A stretch of 64,000 bases of DNA, taken from NCBI GenBank assembly GCA_041736175.1, contig JBGSUI010000014.1, positions 32,001 to 96,000 of the forward strand. Reading direction: 5' to 3'. The DNA comes from Oligoflexales bacterium (GTDB taxonomy: Bacteria; Bdellovibrionota_B; Oligoflexia; Oligoflexales; CAIYRB01). Shown in pieces: positions 9,414 to 19,736 of the stretch (positions are counted from its first letter, which is position 1; the number at the start of each line of letters is the position of its first letter). A model generated the notes under the pieces. That model saw only the letters and a program-made list of their open reading frames with translations. It was not told where the DNA came from and did not search any database. The translations under genes were made by a program, and so were the position numbers.

Positions 9414-10460
9414 ATGACAGATAGGTACTCATTTTTACTTTTTCAATGCATCTTTTTTGGATTATTAGGGACTTCTTGTCAAACAACACAGTCACCAAAT
9501 GTGGTCGTTACGAGAGACGGTAAGGCCTTTGCCCATGGAATCAATGACAAAAGAGCAATGGTCAAAGTTTCTGAAGTAAAAGGACTCAAAACAACCATTA
9601 TCAATCTAAAAGCAAAGTTAAAAAGGAGTCCAAATAACATCGAGCTTATCACAGCGCTTTCAGCAGCTCTCCTTGCCTCTGGAGATTTAAATGGTGCGGA
9701 GCTAATGGCGCGGAAAGCCTTGGACATTGATTTTCGAAATAAAGAAAATAAAATTGTGTTAGCACAGGCAGCCTATTTAAAAGGTCAGGATAAAGTTGCT
9801 GAAGGGATTATCCAAGGTATCATGAACGACAAAAGCTTTGAAAGCAGTGAGGCACTCAATCTTACAGGTTGCATCCGCTTGAATGATAACGATGTCAACG
9901 GGGCCATGGTTCTTTTTCAAAAGGCGATTGAGAAAAACCCAGATAACATCGCAGCATTGACTAATTTAGGAATCGTCTATTTGCGTCGACAAAATCCAGC
10001 AGAAGCCCAAGAGAAATTTAAAGCTGCTCTTAAGAGATTGCCTGATAATCCAGATATTCTGATGCATTTAGGGATCACCTACGCAGTGCAAGGTCAGTTC
10101 GAAAAGGCTGAAGAGCACTATAATAAAGTCGCCAAAATTTACCAGACTAGTCCCATTCTGATTTTTAACCAGGCAATCCTTAAAAAAAGGCAAGGTCGAT
10201 TCTCAGAAGCACTCGCTGATCTTAAGAGGTACATAAAGGTAACCCAAGGACAACAGGTCCCAGGTGAAGTTGTGATTGGACTTATGGCCGATTTAAAAAG
10301 ACAACTTGCTACCGGGGAGACACGGATTTCGGATGCTGAAATCGACGAGCTTGTGGAGAAATCTCAGGTTAAAAAGCCAGCAAAGAAGGGTGGTGAAAAG
10401 TCTTCTGCTAGCTATTCTATAACAGGTAATGTTGGTGTGGTCTCAGATTCAGAATATTAG
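9414..10460 (+). CDS. TPR-repeat lipoprotein (GltE/AglT-like)
   Basis: Lipobox-like GTSC; canonical TPRs (ALNLTG, ALTNLGIVY, ILMHLGITY). Confidence 0.8.
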   Translation: MTDRYSFLLFQCIFFGLLGTSCQTTQSPNVVVTRDGKAFAHGINDKRAMVKVSEVKGLKTTIINLKAKLKRSPNNIELITALSAALLASGDLNGAELMARKALDIDFRNKENKIVLAQAAYLKGQDKVAEGIIQGIMNDKSFESSEALNLTGCIRLNDNDVNGAMVLFQKAIEKNPDNIAALTNLGIVYLRRQNPAEAQEKFKAALKRLPDNPDILMHLGITYAVQGQFEKAEEHYNKVAKIYQTSPILIFNQAILKKRQGRFSEALADLKRYIKVTQGQQVPGEVVIGLMADLKRQLATGETRISDAEIDELVEKSQVKKPAKKGGEKSSASYSITGNVGVVSDSEY

Positions 10461-10504
10461 TTTGGCCCTGTATCTAGCATTAACTGAAAGTAAGCGACAG
10501 GTAA

Positions 10505-12160
10505 CTATTCCACTAAACATGGCACTAGACCAGCCATCATAGGAAGGGGCGATCTGGAGAGCTGCTGTAATAGAGTTGCCACCCCGTCTTCTGGCTGCCA
10601 GTGAATCCCACGCACTCCCATGCCATTCCAGATCTGGGGTAAACGCCGCGTCGCCACCTCAACCCAAGGAAGAGTTGGTCGGTCTTTGAGGGTGGTTCGG
10701 ACTTCCCAAAGAGCCCGGCGAAAGTCACCCGTCTGGCACAGGGCATCCAGATAGAACCCCCAAAATCCGGGAGTCTGGTGGGAGAGAGAGCAGGCTTCCA
10801 AGACCTCGCGGGTCTGCTCGTTAGGGCAAGGTCCCCAAAGGCCCTGGAGGAGATCCCAAGCAACCTTTTCCCACCCCTGGCCTGAGTCTAGCCTCGCCAT
10901 AAGCTCTCGGAGGGAGTCGGGATCTATGGTTTCGAGGGATCCATCGCCTTGGGTTTCCTTTGTGGATTCCTTGCCCAGATGGGCCATAAACGAGGTGACC
11001 TCCTCCCTTGCGGCGATGCGGCCGAGTTCTGCAAGGAGGTCCTTAGGAGAAGCCAGGTCCGTGGGAATTGACTCATGAATTGGGCTCGAAGAGGGCCTAG
11101 GAACTGGGCTCGGTGCGGGGAAGCTAGAGCGGTCAGGCTTAGCTAAGCCTAAGTCTGGCAGAGGAGGAGGCTGGGGTGTGAAGTTTATAGCGATTGGGGT
11201 GGCTACAGAGCTCCCTAGGGAGCTAGCTGCGGAGCTTGGAACGCTCATAGAGGTGATTTTTGTCTGGGGCGGCTCTTGCGAAGGGACAGGTTGCCCTATA
11301 GGTGGTTGAATCTTCTGAGGTTGCTCGTCTTGTTGATCCACCTTCCCTTCAAGGTCCAGGATAAAAGGATCGTCTCCAAGACGGGGGGATGCCACGGGGA
11401 TCTCGTTAGGAGTGCCAGGGGGAGAGGAGTGGGCCCTAATCCCAATAATGGTATCACCGGGTTTTTTGCCTTGGAGACCCTTGACGATCCGAGGCGAAAG
11501 TTGGGTCAGGCTGTGAGGTTCCTTAGGGCGACCTGGGGCGACTTTATTCTCCTTTGGGAGAGTTTTAGGGAGAGCTTTTGGGAGAGCTTTTGGGACTGGT
11601 TGAGTGGGGGCCTTGGAAGATGGCTGATTTACTGGAAAAGTCAAAGTTGTTTGGACTGGCTTGGTCAGCCTCGGGCCTTCGTCTTTGTCTTGCTCCATAA
11701 GGTCCCCAAGGATCGCTTCGAGGATCCTCGACTCAGCATCTTGGGGTGCCCCAACGGTATTGGAAAAAACTAGCTTTTGGAATATGGGCTGTCCTGGTTT
11801 TTGGGGGGGCGCTGGCAAACGGGGGGCGCCTTCTGCCGCAAGCCGGCGTTTTTCTTCCTTCAACACCGCCACCCGGTCCGACTTACCCTGGGCCTCCATA
11901 ACGGCAATCATGACCTCAAGGGGGCGAAGACTTCCCCGGTCCGCACGGTGGGCCAGCAGGGCAAGCCTGAGGGCTTCTTTGGGCCGCGTCGACACCAAAA
12001 TCTCGGCGAGGTCAAGGGTCCGGGTCATCTTTTCTAGCTCATCCCTAAGCTCCGCAACGAGCGCGAGATAGCGGCTCGCCAACATCGGCGACGGCTGCTC
12101 CCGTATCTTGCTTAGGATAAGATCAAGGCCCCTTCCCATACTCCTGCTGCCCTTTTTCAC
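10505..12160 (-). CDS. Hypothetical protein with long Pro/Ser-rich linker
   Basis: 551 aa ORF; helical N- and C-terminal domains around a low-complexity linker (PKALPKALPKTLPK). Confidence 0.7.
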   Translation of the reverse strand: MKKGSRSMGRGLDLILSKIREQPSPMLASRYLALVAELRDELEKMTRTLDLAEILVSTRPKEALRLALLAHRADRGSLRPLEVMIAVMEAQGKSDRVAVLKEEKRRLAAEGAPRLPAPPQKPGQPIFQKLVFSNTVGAPQDAESRILEAILGDLMEQDKDEGPRLTKPVQTTLTFPVNQPSSKAPTQPVPKALPKALPKTLPKENKVAPGRPKEPHSLTQLSPRIVKGLQGKKPGDTIIGIRAHSSPPGTPNEIPVASPRLGDDPFILDLEGKVDQQDEQPQKIQPPIGQPVPSQEPPQTKITSMSVPSSAASSLGSSVATPIAINFTPQPPPLPDLGLAKPDRSSFPAPSPVPRPSSSPIHESIPTDLASPKDLLAELGRIAAREEVTSFMAHLGKESTKETQGDGSLETIDPDSLRELMARLDSGQGWEKVAWDLLQGLWGPCPNEQTREVLEACSLSHQTPGFWGFYLDALCQTGDFRRALWEVRTTLKDRPTLPWVEVATRRLPQIWNGMGVRGIHWQPEDGVATLLQQLSRSPLPMMAGLVPCLVE

Positions 12161-12322
12161 GATTTGATCGTGGAGGCACCTTCGAGCCCCCCCCCTAATC
12201 CACCGAATCCAAATCCGAATCGGCGTAAAGAGGGTGCTAGCTTTAGGGATTTATTAATTTTTTTAAAGATAAATCAAAAAAGGCTTAGGCTCAGAGAACT
12301 TACCTTACCAGCGTTTCCAGTG

Positions 12323-13657
12323 TTACCAGGTAAAGGTCTCAAGAAACTTAGTATGAACTGCACCTTTCTGAAAGGCCTCGCTCGCCATCAAGGCCTCTTG
12401 GAAGGGAATATTGGTCCGAATCCCATCCACCTTCATCTCGTGAAGGGCCCGACGCATCCGCACGAGAGCCTCGTCACGGTTGCGGCCCCTTGAAATGACT
12501 TTAGCAATCATGGAGTCATAGAGAGAGGGAATCGTATATCCAGAGTAAACCATCCCATCGACCCGAATCCCAGGACCACCGGGCTCGTAGTATGCCGTGA
12601 CCTTTCCCGGCCATGGAGCAAAAGTCCTTGGGTCTTCGGCGTTAATCCTACATTCGATGGCGTGGCCGCGCAGCTTCACCGACTTGGGGTCAAAGGACAA
12701 TTTTTCTCCCTGGGCGATCAGGATTTGCTCCTTGACGAGATCAAACCCGGTGACCTCTTCGGTGACGCAATGCTCCACTTGGACCCTGGTGTTGACTTCC
12801 ATAAAGTAAAACTGGCCGTCTTCGTCTAACAGAAACTCACAGGTCCCAAGGGATACATAGCCCACGGCTTCCGCCAGGCGAATGGCGGCGGAGCCGATTT
12901 TTTGGCGCAGGGCTTCGTCCACGGCCGGGCTAGGAGCTTCCTCCACCAGTTTTTGATGCCGCCTCTGGATACTACAATCACGCTCTCCGAGGTGGGCGAT
13001 CTGGCCATGGCTGTCGGCCACAAGCTGGATCTCAATATGCCGGGGTCTCGCGCAATACCGCTCGATAAACACATCTGGGTTGCCAAATCCAATCTCCGCC
13101 TCGCTGCGGGCTAGTTGAAACTGAATGGCTAAATCCTCAGGCTTGGTCACTACCTTCATCCCGCGACCGCCACCCCCTGCAGCGGCTTTTATAATCAGCG
13201 GGTAACCGATGGACTTGGCGACCTCAATGGCTTCTCCTTCCGACTGGACCACCCCAGGACTCCCAGGAAGCATGGGCACCTTTGCCTTGGTGGCAAGGGC
13301 CCTGGCGGCAACCTTGTTTCCAAGGCTATAGATATGCTCAGGGTCGGGGCCGATAAACTTGATTTTGTATTCGCGGCAGATCCGAGCAAACTCTGCATTT
13401 TCGGACAAAAATCCATATCCCGGATGCACGGCATCCGCACCTGAGACTTCGATGGCACTCATCACTGAGGGAATCCTCAGGTAGCTTTTAGAGCTGGGTC
13501 CAGGACCGATGCAGATGCTTTCATCGGCGAGTTTGGCATGGAGCGAGTCCCGGTCTGCCGTGGAGTGGATCGCCACGGTCTTAAGGCCCAACTCACGACA
13601 AGCCCGAATCACGCGGATGGCAATCTCCCCGCGGTTGGCGATTAAAACCTTTTTCAC
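12323..13657 (-). CDS. accC: Acetyl-CoA carboxylase biotin carboxylase subunit
   Basis: KVLIANRGEIA, HPGYGFLSEN, GGGGRGM, ERDCSIQRRHQK, EVNTRVQVEH. Confidence 0.98.
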   Translation of the reverse strand: MKKVLIANRGEIAIRVIRACRELGLKTVAIHSTADRDSLHAKLADESICIGPGPSSKSYLRIPSVMSAIEVSGADAVHPGYGFLSENAEFARICREYKIKFIGPDPEHIYSLGNKVAARALATKAKVPMLPGSPGVVQSEGEAIEVAKSIGYPLIIKAAAGGGGRGMKVVTKPEDLAIQFQLARSEAEIGFGNPDVFIERYCARPRHIEIQLVADSHGQIAHLGERDCSIQRRHQKLVEEAPSPAVDEALRQKIGSAAIRLAEAVGYVSLGTCEFLLDEDGQFYFMEVNTRVQVEHCVTEEVTGFDLVKEQILIAQGEKLSFDPKSVKLRGHAIECRINAEDPRTFAPWPGKVTAYYEPGGPGIRVDGMVYSGYTIPSLYDSMIAKVISRGRNRDEALVRMRRALHEMKVDGIRTNIPFQEALMASEAFQKGAVHTKFLETFTW

Positions 13658-13668
13658 CGGCGACCTCC

Positions 13669-14235
13669 CTATTCAACGACAAAGAGCGGCTGGTCAAATT
13701 CGACAGGTTGTTCGTTTTCGACCAAAATCTCGGAGATAACCCCATCAACCTCAGACTCAATTTCGTTCATAAGCTTCATGGCTTCGACGATACAAAGGGT
13801 ATCACCTTTTTTGACTCTTTTGCCGATCTCTACAAAGTTTTCTGCACCCGGTGCTCCAGCCCTGTAAAAAGTCCCCACAAAGGGAGACTTTAAGACCCGC
13901 CCTTTGGTGGGGGCTGGCGTAGAGGCGGAGGCAGTAGATCCCGGAACAGCATGACTCCCCACCCCCCCTTGGCCCGAGGGGGACGGTGCTTGGTGCGTTT
14001 GGTAGCCATAGAGATTAGGATAGACCCCTGGGACTTGGGACATCATGCCTGGAAGAGCTCCAGGAAGGGGTCCAGAATAAACAGAAGGACCCTGGAAAGA
14101 AGGAGGGGCTTGCGCAACAATGACGACTTTATGGTCCTTCTGCTCCACTTCCAGCTGGTGGATCCCATGCTTTTTCACCACTTCAATTAACTGCTCGACC
14201 CACTCAATTTTAAATCCTGTCATGGTCGTCACCAC
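13669..14235 (-). CDS. accB: Acetyl-CoA carboxylase biotin carboxyl carrier protein
   Basis: [17 protein letters not shown] biotinylation motif. Confidence 0.97.
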   Translation of the reverse strand: MVTTMTGFKIEWVEQLIEVVKKHGIHQLEVEQKDHKVVIVAQAPPSFQGPSVYSGPLPGALPGMMSQVPGVYPNLYGYQTHQAPSPSGQGGVGSHAVPGSTASASTPAPTKGRVLKSPFVGTFYRAGAPGAENFVEIGKRVKKGDTLCIVEAMKLMNEIESEVDGVISEILVENEQPVEFDQPLFVVE

Positions 14236-14283
14236 CCACCAAAAAGTTTAAATAGGTTTTTACCACTGGATCGTGACCGCGGA

Positions 14284-14844
14284 TCACTTGACTTTTTCCA
14301 CATAACCGCCGGTTCTGGTATCGATCTTAAGGACATTGCCTTCGCTGATATGGAAAGGGACCGTCACCACCAAGCCAGTCTCCATGGTGGCAGGTTTGCC
14401 ACCGCCACCGGAGGTGTCCCCACGGATGTTTGGCTGGGTTTCAACCACTTTGAGCTCGACAAAGTTAGGCGTCTCGACCGACACTGGTTTGCCTTTATAA
14501 TAGGTCACCTTAACGGTGCTATTCTCGATGATATATTCTTTTGACGCTCCGATTTCGTCGGTCGAAAGAGCCACCTGGTCATAGGACTCTTGGTCCATAA
14601 AGGTATACGCGTTGCCATCAGAAAACAGAAACTGCATGTCTTTGGTCTGCACGTCGGGTACACCGACTTTTTCGCCAGACTTAAAGGTCACCTCGACGAC
14701 ACGACCGGTCTCAAGGTTTTTAAGGCGGGTCCTACTGAAGGCAGCCCCTTTTCCTGGGTTGACGTGTTGGAAGTCAACGATCGTCCATGCCTGGTTGTTA
14801 TACTCAATTTGAAGACCCTTGTGGAAATCCGATGTCGAATACAT
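14284..14844 (-). CDS. efp: Elongation factor P
   Basis: HVNPGKG, RGDTS, KPATMETG, IDTRTG; efp-accB-accC synteny. Confidence 0.97.
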   Translation of the reverse strand: MYSTSDFHKGLQIEYNNQAWTIVDFQHVNPGKGAAFSRTRLKNLETGRVVEVTFKSGEKVGVPDVQTKDMQFLFSDGNAYTFMDQESYDQVALSTDEIGASKEYIIENSTVKVTYYKGKPVSVETPNFVELKVVETQPNIRGDTSGGGGKPATMETGLVVTVPFHISEGNVLKIDTRTGGYVEKVK

Positions 14845-14937
14845 AGCTGCCTCTCTAGATCAATACCTGCTTAAAATGATCGAGTGGCGACATTAACTGG
14901 TTAGTCAGAGTTTTTCAACGGACAATCACTCCTAGAG

Positions 14938-15615
14938 CTAGGGAGAGGGGATCTCCGCCAGCTTAAGATGGCGGAGGATACGCCGTAAGGGGCCACGGAA
15001 TTGGGTGAGTTCCACAAAACGCTCCCTTTGGATCCCCTGCCCAGGAGCCTTGATAGCCCGACCTCCGGTGGCATGGATCAAGTCCCCCCGGTGGAGAGGC
15101 AGCCCCGAGACAGGTCGATGGCGCTTTTCAAGCATCACCACATGGCCCTGGTAGACGAGGAAATCACCCGCCTTTGCTAGCTCGATCTTTTGGCCAAGGT
15201 CGACCAACTGGTATCGCTCCCTAAGGGACCGGGGATCGAGCTGAAGCATAAGAGTGGTGTCCAGGTAGGGATAGGGCATCCCAGCCTGTTCAAAGATAAG
15301 AGCTAAGAAATGGCTACAGTCGATTCCGCATTTTTTGCAAAGGGGGCATTTTTGCAGCCTATCTAAAGGACGGGGTTGATGGGTTTCCAGGCATTGGGCA
15401 CACCGCAGGCACTCGTCTCGCTCGCCGACCCTGGATCCTCCGTAGACATAGGAGGCCTGGGATTCTTCCAGGAGGGCCGAGGCCACCCCCATGATGCGGC
15501 TGACCTCGGGACTCAGAGATCCTGCCGCTAACCCGCTTGGTTGAGTGTAGGGACCAAACCCAAAGAAAAGAAAAAATGATATAATTAAATTAAGCATAGA
15601 GTTCTCAGACCTCAA
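14938..15615 (-). CDS. Secreted NlpC/P60 (C40) family peptidase with Cys-rich insertion
   Basis: Signal peptide, YVYGG...GIDCSHF catalytic Cys, GDFLVYQGHV catalytic His, IHA. Confidence 0.75.
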   Translation of the reverse strand: MRSENSMLNLIISFFLFFGFGPYTQPSGLAAGSLSPEVSRIMGVASALLEESQASYVYGGSRVGERDECLRCAQCLETHQPRPLDRLQKCPLCKKCGIDCSHFLALIFEQAGMPYPYLDTTLMLQLDPRSLRERYQLVDLGQKIELAKAGDFLVYQGHVVMLEKRHRPVSGLPLHRGDLIHATGGRAIKAPGQGIQRERFVELTQFRGPLRRILRHLKLAEIPSP

Positions 15616-15629
15616 CGGAAACCTTACCG

Positions 15630-17114
15630 GTGAACCGCCTCCCGTACAACTACCCCAAACAAGTCAAAGTCGTCCTCATTGCCGAAACCCTTTTGGTTTT
15701 TGGGGCTTGTACCATTGCCTGGTTTTTTTGGTCCACCCTCTGCCCGACTGGAATCGAGTCGTGTCTTGGAAACGACTCGACCCTAAGACCGCTGATCTTT
15801 ATCTTTTTAGCCGCCTTTAGACCCTTTGTCTTTACGCCGCTTTTTTTTCTGACGATTATTGCTGGACGGGCCTTTGGACCCTTTTGGGGGGCCATCCTCG
15901 CCGCCCTTGGGGGGGTCCTGTCCTGCTACCTGGTCTTTATCGTCAGCCGCGTCTTTGGGGGCTCCCTGGTCAAACCCTGGCTCCGGGCCAACCTGCCTGC
16001 CACCTACAAGCTCCTGCAGTCCCAGGACTACAAGATCGTGATCGCCCTCCGCTTGATCCCGTTTATTCCCTTTGACCTAGTCTCCATGTCCCTGGGAGCC
16101 TTAAGCCTCCGCACCAAGACGGTGATGCTCTGCACCTTTCTGGCGATCATCCCCGAGTGCTATGTTTTTGCGAGATTGGTAGACCCCAATGGCTCCATGC
16201 TGGGAGCCGCCGTCGTATCCCTGCTTGTATTCGGCGCAAGCCTGATCGGCCCGCTGCTTCTTGTAGAAATCAAAATGCGCAACCAGGGTCGCAGCCTTTT
16301 GTCGATGCTACGAGCGTCTTTTAATGAAATCAAATTCGAGATCCAAGCAAACAACGACATCATGCGCAGCGACCATTTTGATAAACAAAAAACTCCGGTC
16401 CTGCTCCTCTATGGATTTTTCTCCTCAAGGCGTTCGGTCACAGTCCTGGAAAAAATGTTAAAATCCCGAGGCCACCAGGTCTTTAGCTTTAATCTCGGGG
16501 GGCTTCTCAACACGTTTTTTACGAGGGACATCCTCGACACAGCTAGTTTTATCGACCTTAAGATCAAACGCCAGATCGATCGCCACGGTTTTAAAAAAAT
16601 CCATATCGTCGCCCATTCAAAGGGGGGCCTCGTCGCCCTCTGGTGGCTCCTTAAACTCGGGGGGCATCACCACTGTGACAAGGTGGTCACCATGGGCACT
16701 CCCTTTCGGGGATCTCGACTCACTTATATCGCTCTGATCACACCCCTTGGTTTTTTTTGGCGCGACGTCGGACAGATGCGCCCTGGATCGACTTTTCTAA
16801 AGACGCTCCATAAAGCCGCTGTCCCTGAAAACCTAAAAATCTACTGTTTGTATTCTCAAAACGACCGGGTCGCACGGGGTGAAGCCGGTATTTTTGCCCC
16901 TGATCCACCCAGCTCTCAGGTGACCCCCGTCGCCATGAACCATATCTCTCACTTTGAGTTTCTCTACCGCAAAGAGGTCTCCAAAAGGATCTCTCTTCTC
17001 CTAGCTGACGAAGCCGTCCCAACTGAGGAGCAGGCAACTATGGACTCTTCAGAATCAGCGGAATCCTTGGACCCCCAAGAGCAGGTCTGGAGGCAGATCG
17101 CTGGTGATGAGTAG
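15630..17114 (+). CDS. DedA/TVP38 (VTT) membrane domain fused to alpha/beta-hydrolase (lipase-like)
   Basis: N-half: AGRAFGPFWG, LRLIPFIPFD (DedA/SNARE_assoc). C-half: PVLLLYG, IVAHSKGG nucleophile elbow, GTPFRGS, YSQND, ISH. Confidence 0.85.
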   Translation: MNRLPYNYPKQVKVVLIAETLLVFGACTIAWFFWSTLCPTGIESCLGNDSTLRPLIFIFLAAFRPFVFTPLFFLTIIAGRAFGPFWGAILAALGGVLSCYLVFIVSRVFGGSLVKPWLRANLPATYKLLQSQDYKIVIALRLIPFIPFDLVSMSLGALSLRTKTVMLCTFLAIIPECYVFARLVDPNGSMLGAAVVSLLVFGASLIGPLLLVEIKMRNQGRSLLSMLRASFNEIKFEIQANNDIMRSDHFDKQKTPVLLLYGFFSSRRSVTVLEKMLKSRGHQVFSFNLGGLLNTFFTRDILDTASFIDLKIKRQIDRHGFKKIHIVAHSKGGLVALWWLLKLGGHHHCDKVVTMGTPFRGSRLTYIALITPLGFFWRDVGQMRPGSTFLKTLHKAAVPENLKIYCLYSQNDRVARGEAGIFAPDPPSSQVTPVAMNHISHFEFLYRKEVSKRISLLLADEAVPTEEQATMDSSESAESLDPQEQVWRQIAGDE

Positions 17115-17308
17115 ATTGTGTCACACAGATCCCTGCTCAAATGGGGTTTCCTATGTTGAAATTTTAAGTCCAGTCTGTGACTAAGTCTGCGTCCAAAAAC
17201 GTCCAACAACATTTGATATTTGTTACACGATCGGCCAGACAGCAGCCTATAGTCAATCAATCCCATCTTCCGCGCACCAGGTTGCCATAGCTCCCCCGAT
17301 GGCTTAGT

Positions 17309-17806
17309 GTGGCAGATCAAGGAGGCGTATCCATGCAACCCCCCAGGCTATCCACTGCACCAACCCACTATGATGACCAGCTTTTGAGCCTACTATGGCT
17401 TGAAACCGTGGTGCCTGTGGGCCCCTTTGGCATCGCCCTGCGGTTTAAACTCGCTCGGATGACCGATGAGTCCATTGACTGCGATATCCCAAAGGGGGTT
17501 CCCCTGATTCAGCAATTGGCAAACACCCTTCCCCCTCCAGAGTCTGCACCCGAGAGCCAAAGCAAGGGGGCCCCGTGGTCCATGACCCTTGTCCATAGTC
17601 TGTGGTCAGACCACTTGCAGATTCCCTTTGAGGCCAGGCCGCTATCTGTATCGACAGGGGAAAACGGCACTCCCTTGCTGCGATTTCAGATCAACTCCCA
17701 AGCGCAATGGTCCGCTTCCCTAGAGTCCCTGCTTAAGGAATGGCAGATTTTAGACCCGCAGTATCCCTTGCTGATATCTGCGGAACACCAAATCATGGCA
17801 TCCTAG
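17309..17806 (+). CDS. Hypothetical protein (likely ATG start at 17333)
   Basis: ORF with AAGGAGG RBS before MQPPR. Confidence 0.6.
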   Translation: MADQGGVSMQPPRLSTAPTHYDDQLLSLLWLETVVPVGPFGIALRFKLARMTDESIDCDIPKGVPLIQQLANTLPPPESAPESQSKGAPWSMTLVHSLWSDHLQIPFEARPLSVSTGENGTPLLRFQINSQAQWSASLESLLKEWQILDPQYPLLISAEHQIMAS

Positions 17807-17884
17807 GGGAATCACTGACCGCTTGCCGCGCCCTTGCCAAGAGTTCGTCCCGTCAGATATATAACCTGCTGTGAGGATCCATTA

Positions 17885-19594
17885 ATGGCCAAAAACTCAA
17901 AACTCGCCCCCCTCCCGCAGCGCAAAAAAGCAGTCGCCAGCCTGGAAACTATGCGCAAGGTTTTTACCCTCCCCGAGTCCGAATCTTCGACTCTAAGCCA
18001 GCTTGACCGGGAGATTTCCGAAAACTTAAGGGGATTTCTTCAAGAGCGCATCGTCTCCGGAGATATCGCCCCCGCTAATCTCGAACAAGCCTTTATGGAT
18101 ACCACGATCCCCGACGATCCCATGTGGGTTGCCGAGCAGACTCAGTTTCTCCTAGACAAAGTCGTCGCCCAGTCTGTCCATACGGCCTCACCCCGTTTTA
18201 TTGGCCATATGACGTCAGCGTTGCCCCATTTTATGCTGCCCCTCGCCAAGATTATGATCGCACTCAACCAAAATGTGGTGAAGATCGAAACCTCAAAGGC
18301 CTTCACTCCCCTCGAACGCCAGGTCATCGGGATGCTCCACCGTCTGGTCTATGGGTGCGACGACCCTTTTTACCAGACCTGGACCCAAAACTTTAACCAT
18401 TCCCTGGGGGTCCTTTGCTCCGGGGGAACCATCGCCAATATCACGGGACTCTGGGTCGCTCGTAACCAAAAACTAGGCCCCAAACCAGATTTTGCAGGTG
18501 TGGCCGAAGAGGGCTATGCCAAGGCCTTAGCGGCCTATGGCTACCGGGATGCTGTTGTCCTCGTGTCCAAAAGGGGCCATTATTCGATCCGCAAGGCCTG
18601 TGACGCCATCGGCCTCGGTCGCCGCCAAGTGCTAAAACTCCCTATCGACCACCATCACCGGATCGATCTCGGAGTCTTAGAAAAAACTTTAAAAACCATG
18701 GCCCAGGAAAAGACCCTGGTCCTTGCCATCATCGGGGTCGCCGGAGCCACAGAGACCGGATCTGTGGACCCCCTCGACACCCTCGCCGATCTCGCCCAGG
18801 AATACGGTGCAGCCTTCCATGTAGACGCTGCCTGGGGAGGGCCTACTCTGTTTTCCACCAAGCATCGGGGGCTTCTCAAAGGCATCGAACGGGCTGATTC
18901 TGTGGTGATCGATGCCCACAAACAACTCTACGTCCCCATGGGAGTGGGTATGGTGCTCTTTAAGGATCCACAGGCTCTGGATTCTGTAGAACACCATGCC
19001 CAATACATCATCCGCCAGGGCAGCCGGGATATCGGTAAACACACTTTAGAGGGTTCCCGCAACGGTATGGCCATGTTGGTCCACTCAGCCCTGAGGATTA
19101 TCGGACGCCGCGGATATGAGATCCTTATCGACCTAGGGATTGGCAAGGCCGCCCATTTTGCAAAGATGATCCGTGGAGACGGCGAGTTTGAGCTCATCAC
19201 TGAGCCTGAGCTCAACCTCCTCACCTATCGTTTTGTCCCTGAAAAAGCTCGCCAGCTACTCCGGGAAGTGCATGATTCAAAAGAGCTGACCTCAAAGTGC
19301 AACGATATTTTAAGCGATCTCACGGAATCCATCCAAAAGCGCCAACGCCAAGAGGGAAAATCCTTTGTCTCCCGAACGCGCCTCGAAGCTAAGGCCCACC
19401 ATAGCCAAGAAGTCAGCGTGTTTAGGGTAGTCTTAGCCAATCCGCTGACCACAAACCCGATCCTAGGCGAGATTTTAGAAGAGCAACGTGCCTATGGACG
19501 AGAAATCTTTGTCTCTGAGGGTTTCGAAAAAGCTTTGGAGGGACTCTATCGAACAGCACGGGCAATGGGTGAAACAGGATCGGAAGCCACGTGA
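17885..19594 (+). CDS. panP: Pyridoxal-dependent aspartate 1-decarboxylase (group II decarboxylase)
   Basis: FIGHMTSALP, NQNVVKIETSKAFTPLERQV, CSGGTIAN, HVDAAWGG, DAHKQLY (PLP Lys), TLEGSR. Confidence 0.88.
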   Translation: MAKNSKLAPLPQRKKAVASLETMRKVFTLPESESSTLSQLDREISENLRGFLQERIVSGDIAPANLEQAFMDTTIPDDPMWVAEQTQFLLDKVVAQSVHTASPRFIGHMTSALPHFMLPLAKIMIALNQNVVKIETSKAFTPLERQVIGMLHRLVYGCDDPFYQTWTQNFNHSLGVLCSGGTIANITGLWVARNQKLGPKPDFAGVAEEGYAKALAAYGYRDAVVLVSKRGHYSIRKACDAIGLGRRQVLKLPIDHHHRIDLGVLEKTLKTMAQEKTLVLAIIGVAGATETGSVDPLDTLADLAQEYGAAFHVDAAWGGPTLFSTKHRGLLKGIERADSVVIDAHKQLYVPMGVGMVLFKDPQALDSVEHHAQYIIRQGSRDIGKHTLEGSRNGMAMLVHSALRIIGRRGYEILIDLGIGKAAHFAKMIRGDGEFELITEPELNLLTYRFVPEKARQLLREVHDSKELTSKCNDILSDLTESIQKRQRQEGKSFVSRTRLEAKAHHSQEVSVFRVVLANPLTTNPILGEILEEQRAYGREIFVSEGFEKALEGLYRTARAMGETGSEAT

Positions 19595-19736
19595 ACTTGG
19601 CTCATGGGAACACCGATGTGATTCTCTGTCCTATAGTCAAACAGCTCATGTTAGACTATAAGAAAGCCTAGAGTTCGGTAAACCCTCGCTGGCTCCAAAA
19701 AAAGCGGGGAGCATGATAAACCGCTTTTTAATTTAA

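Noticed and set aside
12217..12246. sigma28-like TAAA...GCCGAT upstream of the 10505-12160 gene
   Set aside because: Spacer is 17 nt, outside the usual 15-16; possible but not called
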